Of a stretch of DNA of 64,000 nucleotides, positions 57,177-64,000 are shown piece by piece. The DNA is from Callorhinchus milii. Its lineage: Eukaryota. Position numbers and translations under genes: made by a program. The stretch is from assembly GCF_018977255.1 (NCBI RefSeq), contig NW_024704757.1, forward strand, positions 7,006,001-7,070,000, written 5' to 3'. The notes below the pieces were generated by a model, which was not told the origin of the DNA, ran no database searches, and saw nothing but the letters and a program-made list of their open reading frames with translations. Every line of letters begins with the position of its first letter. Position 1 is the stretch's first letter.

Positions 57177-58302
57177 AGGGAGCTGAAGTAGAGGCACCGT
57201 CAGTGACACAGTGCACTAGCTGGGAGGGTTACAGAGCTGAATGTGGGGTAGCTGGAGAGTATCACTTGTAATTTGATCATTAATAACCAGAAGCTTGAGA
57301 GATCGATATTGCAACATTACGTGCTTAATTGGTCTTAATTGGCACTCAATATTTCCTGTCTTGTCACCACCCAGTAATTCCTCACTGATGTCATCAGTTT
57401 AAATAAAATGCATAAAAACATAATATTAATAATAATCCTTACATTTGATATAGCTCCTTATCAACAATGAGACATCTCAAAACACTTCACAAGATTTACT
57501 GTAAAGTGGAGTGACTGTGGGTTTGTGAGCGAAATATCTTCAGAAATATAAACAAAACCCGGAAATTGTTTAACCTAATTTTTTTAAGTGTGTTTGTGTG
57601 TGTTGGGGGTGGGGGGGGGGGGGGGAGAGGGGGCGTTTCCTGTGTTTTTTCCACACATTGGGATTGAGGACAGCCAGCTGCACCGGCCAACCTTTCACAC
57701 CGCACACCCACACACAACTCACAATCTGACTGTCACTCTGACAACTGGAAAACATCTTACACAATTGTCAGACGGAGTCAAACTGTTTCTCTTTCAGAGC
57801 TGTGGGAAACCAGCTGCTAAACTGAGAAGGAATTTGGGAAGTTATATTAATATTAGTGATATGATTTCACCTATGTCGAGAAGATGCAAAAGAGTCTCAC
57901 AGGATTTACTGTAAATTGCAGTGGCTGTTTTTTTTTGTAGTTTTTCTTTTGCTTTGCAATGCAATACAAATGCAATGAATGCCTTACAATAAAGAACAAT
58001 AATCTTTGCATATGACGAGAGCGCCTTTCACGTCGGGAGCAGATCTCACAGGATTTTATTGTAAAGTGCACGATTTCTGGGTAAATTTGGAATTGGCCAA
58101 TTCCTTCCAGCGAAGTTCCACACAGAAGCCGGCAGTGAATGAGCAATGTTATGTGGAGGATTGTTAGCCGGGAACACCGGGAGACACAAACTGCCGTGGG
58201 ATCTTTAACGTCCAACCTCAACGGCGGTTAACGTGGTTTAACGGCTCCGAAAGATGCAATGCAATGATTGTAAGAAATGGGGGAAAACATATAATTTCTT
58301 TT

Positions 58303-58702
58303 ACCCCCTCCCTCAGTCCCCCCCTCCCTCAGTCCCCCCCTCCCTCAGTCCCCCCCTCCCTCAGTCCCCCCCCTCAGTCCCCCCCTCCCCCAGTCCCCCC
58401 TCTCCCAGTCCCCACCTCCCTCAGTCACCCCCTCCCTTAGTCCCCCACACTCAGTCCCCCAGTCCCCACCTCCCTCACTCCCCCCCTCCCCCACTCCCCC
58501 CCCTCCCTCAGTCCCCCCGACCCTCAGTCCCCCCGACCCTCAGTCCCCCAGTCCCCCCCACCCTCAGTCCCCCAGTCCCCCCCACCCTCAGTCCCCCCAG
58601 ACCCTCAGTCCCCCAGTCCCCCCCACCCTCAGTCCCCCAGTCCCCCCCACCCTCAGTCCCCCAGACCCTCAGACCCCCAGTCCCCCCACCCACAGTCCCC
58701 CC
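58303..58702 (+). repeat. C-rich (ctcagtccccc) tandem repeat immediately upstream of the USP31 CpG island
   Basis: Directly visible. Confidence 0.85.
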
Positions 58703-58744
58703 TTCTCTGAAGCCGTTGCCCCTTTAAATCCCGTGGCTGTCCTT

Positions 58745-59510
58745 TTAAATCACTTCCCTGCTGAAGGCGGGAGGACGGGCGAGTGACGGGCGTCGCGCTC
58801 GACCAATGACGGCTGAGGGTCGGACGCTTCGACCCAATGGCGGGCGACCGGCCGGGATCGGCGTGCCCGGCACCCAATAGCGGGCCGGGCTGGGGAGGGG
58901 TGGGGGCCGGAGCGGCCAATGGGCGGCGGCGGGGGGGCGGGAGCTGGGCGGCCGCGGCGGTTGCCGTGGAGAAAGGGGCGGGCGCTGAGCTGCAGTCCGC
59001 CGCCGCCGCCGCCGCCGCCCCCTCAGGTGGAAGTCAGAGCGGCGCTCGCGCGGACGGACGGACTGTCTGCCGTCAGGAGGGCGCGAGAGGCCGCGACCAG
59101 AGGAGCCGAGCGGAGCCGAGTTTACCTCACACCCACCTGTCCACCTGCCCGTGAGGCGATGCATCGAGCGGGGCGCCAGGCCGCCGCCTACCCGCGGGCC
59201 TCAGGCTTCTGAGGGGATCCCAGCCCACGGTCAGACCGAGCCACAGCCACAGCCACAGCGAGCGGCCCTCGACCCGACCCACTCCCCTCCCCGCGGTGGG
59301 GAAACCATGCGCCGCCGGGCCAGCGAGCTCCAGAGCCGGCAGGAGGTAGTGGTCGTGGTGGTGGTGGAGGAGGCGGCGGCGGCGGCGGCTGGGAGCGGAG
59401 CCTCGGAGCCGGCGCCTCACTGAAGCGGCCGCTCGCTGCCTCCCTCCTCCCCTCGCGCCCCCGATGCGGCCGCGGGAGCCCGAGCTCCAGCTCAGCGACC
59501 AAAGGCCGTC
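58745..59510 (+). promoter_or_regulatory. CpG island / probable USP31 promoter with four CCAAT boxes and GC boxes
   Basis: Very high CpG density; CCAAT at 58803, 58834, 58874 and 58916; GGGCGG boxes; (GCC)n at about 58997-59019. Confidence 0.75.
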
Positions 59511-59614
59511 AGTCAGACAGACAGACAGTCAGTCTCTCTCTCACACACAATCACAACCTTCTCACTGCAATCTGTCCCCACACTCAAACCTGCACCACTC
59601 CCCGCCCGCCGCTC

Positions 59615-60228
59615 CCACAGCCACAGACACACACACCCACACACACCCACAGCCATAGCCACACACACCCACAGCCACACACACCCATAGCCACACACAC
59701 CCACAGCCATAGCCACACACACCCACAGCCATAGCCACACACACCCACAGCCATAGCCACACACACCCACAGCCATAGCCACACACACCCATAGCCATAG
59801 CCACACCACACACACCCATAGCCATAGCCACCCACACCCATAGCCATAGCCACACACACCCATAGCCACCCACACCCACAGCCATAGCCACACATAGCCA
59901 TAGCCACACACACCCACAGCCATAGCCACACACACCCACAGCCACACACACCCATAGCCATAGCCACACACACCCACAGCCATAGCCACACACACCCACA
60001 GCCATAGCCACACACACCCATAGCCATAGCCACACACACCCATAGCCACCCACACCCACAGCCATAGCCACCCACAGCCATAGCCACCCACAGCCATAGC
60101 CACCCATAGCCACACACACCCATAGCCACCCATAGCCACCCACAGCCATAGCCACCCATAGCCATAGCCACCCACACCCATAGCCACCCACAGCCATACA
60201 CACCCACAGCCACAGCCACCCACAGCCA
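59615..60228 (+). repeat. (cacagccatagccacacacacc) degenerate tandem repeat
   Basis: Directly visible. Confidence 0.9.
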
Positions 60229-60974
60229 GGTTGCTGCTGCTGCTGAGGATTTTTTGGATAAATAATTCCAAGATTTAACTATATAGATTATATTTCTGTC
60301 TCTCTATCTCTCTGTTTCTGTGACTCTCTGTCTCTGTCTCTCTCTGTGTCTCTCTGTTTGTGTCTCTGTCTGTCTACTCTCTCTTTATATGTGTGTGTAT
60401 ATATATATATGTAATTGGGCATTTTTCCATTTGCAAAAAAAAAGTATTTTTCATTTTATTTTGCAATCTTAATACTGTACCATCCCTTCCGCATCTTCCA
60501 CTGCAACTCAACAGAAACAACCCCAGTAAAGTCTCTGCCTTTAAGCGACGGGATTTTCACTTTAAAAGGTCCATTTGTTTTTTTAATTTTAGAACTCCCT
60601 TTTTTTTCAAAAAAAAAGTTTTTTTGTTTTAAAAAATATATATTTTTATAAAAGAAAACACACACGCAGTCCAAAGCCACTGTTGGGGGGGGTCTTCATT
60701 TGTGGTGGTTGGAAAGTACTTTTCTTTAAAAAAGAAAAAAACTGCGTTGTTTTGTTTTGCTTCAAACGACAATCTTCAACGTTTACTTTGTTTTTTTAAC
60801 TAGGAAAAACAAAACTTATTGAATGTTTCCCCCTTTGAATTGGTAGATTTCCTGCACATACAGACACAGTTACTTATTTTTTCTTTCAATTGGAATTACT
60901 GTATTGTAAAGATCACTTTTACACACACGTGGATATATATATATGCATATTAATTTATTCTGCAAATGTCAAAC

Positions 60975-61688
60975 ATGTCCAAGTCGGCAGCTAAAGAGAA
61001 GAAGTCTTTTAGCAAGAAACTTTTCAGGCGAGGGTCTGTGCGATCCGTGGGCAGTTTCATGAGCCGAGTGCTCAAGACCTTGTCCACCCTCTCTCACTTT
61101 GGCACCGAAGAAGCCTCGGCCGAGGATGAGAAGGATGATGGCGGCTTCAAGGACTTCCGAGCCGCGGGGGCTGAGATGGGAGTGGGAGCCGGGGCTGGGG
61201 TGCTCTCCTCGGCTTCTATCATCATGATGATGAGCGGCATTAGCCCGGGGATGGGAGCTGCACATGCCGTGGCCTCTGCCGGCAGGTGTGCGGCCGGACA
61301 CAGCGACTCCTCCGACAGCTGCTTCTCTCCGGCTTCCGGGGATCGCTGGCAGCCACCCGGCCTGGCTGGCCTCAAAAACCATGGCAATACCTGCTTTATG
61401 AACGCCGTGCTGCAGTGCCTGAGCAACACTGAGCTGTTCGCGGAGTTCCTGGCCCTAGAGCAGTACAGGGACCGGGTTAGAGATACGGAGGGCAACCGAG
61501 GGGAGCAGGAGGAGGAAACGGAGGAAGGAACTGAGGAAAAGGGCAAGAGCCAGAGCCCCAAGTCCAATGGTGTGTTATTTCCACCCAAATCCCAGCAGGA
61601 GAAAGGGGAGGTGACGGAGCAGCTTGCTACTTTGGTCCGGGCCCTTTGGACATCACAATACACTCCACAACAGAGCCGGGAGTTTAAG
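60975..61688 (+). CDS. USP31: Ubiquitin-specific peptidase 31, first coding exon (upstream in-frame ATG at 60966; gene continues beyond the window)
   Basis: MSKSAAKEKKSFSKKLFR...RSVGSFMSRVLKTLSTLSH matches the recalled USP31 N-terminus. USP Cys box GLKNHGNTCFMNAVLQCLSNTELFAE; donor AAG|GTAGGA at 61688/61689; divergent from SCNN1G as in human. Confidence 0.93.
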
Positions 61689-61689
61689 G

Positions 61690-62135
61690 TAGGATAATAA
61701 TAATAATAATAATCATCCTTGCATTTGATATAGAGCCTCATCACATCAGTGAGACGTTTGAAAGCGCTTCACAGGATATACTGTAAAGTGAATTGATTGT
61801 ATTTTATGGCTGAAAGGATGTACATACAGTAGTATATCTCCGACCTGCTTACTTCTCAATCCACTACCCTCTGCCTCCACTCGACTGGCTCCGGCCTCCT
61901 GCATGTCCTTCATGCCCTCTGTTCTTCCATCAGTGGCTATGCTTTCAGCCACTATATCCCGAAATTGAAACACTTCCTCTAGCCTTGCCCCTTCCTTCCC
62001 CATCTTCAGGTCGTACTGAAGATCTTGCTCTTCGACAGCACCTACAATCACCTCCCCCCGGCACAGGGTCGTACTATGCCACTGTCAAGCGCTCTGGGAC
62101 ACTACCCTGTTTGAGGGGCTCAAGTTGTTGTACAT
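61690..62135. mobile_element. Antisense SINE 3' tail (61690-61810) followed by an L2 3' fragment (+, about 61840-62130) in USP31 intron 1
   Basis: (AAT)n catccttgcatttgatata...; then cctgcttacttctcaatccactaccctctgcctccactcgactggctccggcc. Confidence 0.7.
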
Positions 62136-64000
62136 AAATTGTATTTTTGGATAAGAGTTTTGGCGCTGTCATTACATAACATCCATTTAAGTATGACTTG
62201 GTCAAAACGGGTGGGGACTTGAAGATATTAATCCATTAATCCATTCAAGCTGCGTGTGTACTGTGTGTTTTAAGAATGAGTGATGCTTTCTAATGCGATA
62301 GGCTGCATTCCTGAAAGCAGGGTGAGTCAGAGAGGACTGCTCTGTGAATTCAATTCAAGGACACTCGGAGCTCTTGTAATGTGTCATGATCATGGCTCAG
62401 GGCTGCACACCCACCAACCAGGAAAGGCGTCTTTAAGGTTCAAGTGCAAAGCGATTATCCGATCAATTATTTAGTACTGTAATGCTTTATGGCAATGATG
62501 TGCTGTCTTGTAACCTAAATCCTTGTATTGATGGCTTGTGAGGTTGGGTTATCATAGCTGTCTCGCTATCCTCTCCTTAATGTTACCCAACAGGATCTTA
62601 ATTTCCCTGTGATACTGTTTCCTGGATTGCAAAATGATTCCCTCATGTAATTCCGCAATGTACTTACTGGGTTAATGTCTATCCTAGAGCCTAACAGTGC
62701 AAAAATTACAGCCTACTACATGGTCGACTCCCAGCAATAATTCCTGCTCTTTCTTTTTGGTAAAGGCTGTTTCGTGAAAGATTATCTGCCTTTGCAGCCC
62801 TGATACTTCCCATAAACTTCCAGATCTGCATTGAGGTGGACAGCTCAATTTTAAATTGCTGCCTTGCTATGCTGAATCTGTAGTCAGTCGGGTTGGGATT
62901 ATAGAGCTGTGATTGAAATGTAAACTGGGCTCAGGGTAGTCAGTAAATATTATTTCTGGGAGTTGCTATATGTATATGTGAAAATTAGTGGAGAAGAAAA
63001 ACATTCTTGAATGAGAATAGAACCCACTCTACCTGTGTTGTACAGATAGCAGGACTCAGCCTGTTTCCTCGTTCATCACGTTACCCTGTTTTGCTTTTTG
63101 CTGCAGTTCTTTGTCACAGCAACAATTTTGTTTTATTCCACAGTAAAGGCATTGCCTCCGCGCTTTCGCAAATCTGATCTGTTGAGGGAGGTGACTTCAG
63201 GTAGAGGAAACTCTGAAACTACTCCCCAGTTACCTACCTCTCCTCCCCTCCTCAAAAAGTAACTAACATAAAAGCATCAGGTTATGTCCAGTTATCTTCC
63301 TTGTTTTATGCTAACTTGTTCTGTCCCACAGTTGTCATTGCTTCAGCAAGTGTGGAATGTCCCATACATTATACGTCCACACAGCTCATTTTTAAAACAG
63401 TCAGATGTAGGAATAACTTTTGTTGCCCTTATTCTTCTACACCTGAAATGTGCTGACTACTCACAAGAAGGTAGTTCCACTTGATGCAAATCTACTCATT
63501 ATATTCTACTATCTGGGAAGGGAATTGCCAGTAACTTGTTCCACTTGAGGCTTATTTTGTATTTGTGTCGATTCTCTTAGACTCTGCAGTCTGTTAAAGT
63601 TAAATAACTTGCCTACATCCATGTTGTCAAAGTGCTTCACAAGTAATTATTGTTGAGTCTAGGAATTGTTTTTGTAGGAGAATGAGACATCCATTTGCAC
63701 CAGCAAAGTTTTGCTAACAGTGCATTTTGTTGTTTTGGTCAGCCGGGTGTCTGGCACATGCAGAAACCCATCACCATGCTTATGAGTCTGAGAATTGATT
63801 CTCAAAGCGAACTGAGAATTCCATGTATCCCACCTTGTGTGCATTTTGAGATACTTGGGAGGATCTAGAGAAGAAGGTTCAAAGAAGGTGTAGTATTAAT
63901 TTAATGGAGCAAGGGAGATTGGAAGGCTGAGGTGAGGGTTGAGGAAAGGGATCCCTGTAACATGCTTTTTCTAGTATCCTGTGTTAGAGGTATACTTGAA

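Overview
Eukaryotic (vertebrate) genomic DNA: GC-rich, compact and repeat-dense. It most likely comes from a cartilaginous fish (holocephalan/elephant-shark-like), which I infer from the repeat content plus intact ENaC genes; this is not proven. Reading splice sites by eye gives six genes in the same order as human 16p12: the last 2 exons of EARS2 (+), complete GGA2 (+, 17 coding exons), complete COG7 (+, 17 coding exons, one GC-AG intron), complete SCNN1B/beta-ENaC (-, 12 coding exons), complete SCNN1G/gamma-ENaC (-, 12 coding exons) and the first coding exon of USP31 (+). Introns hold many tRNA-headed Deu-type SINEs, L2 and CR1 LINE 3' fragments, mini/microsatellites and three N gaps. Most ORFs in the supplied track are spurious repeat ORFs. 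Most notable observations: (1) GGA2 keeps the GGA1/3-type autoinhibitory acidic-dileucine hinge motif; (2) gamma-ENaC lacks the furin/polybasic activation sites, and beta/gamma lack some palmitoylation cysteines; (3) a tandem array of six YY1 motifs at the probable COG7 promoter; (4) several 3' splice sites built from retroposon tails; (5) a palindromic insertion with an 11-bp TSD and a degenerate Penelope-type hammerhead; (6) an unclassified, hairpin-rich, A-tailed interspersed element with a fixed 5' end; (7) a forkhead/CAGGTA repeat array plus a CTCF motif between the divergent SCNN1G and USP31 promoters. No prokaryote-type system (CRISPR etc.) is present.
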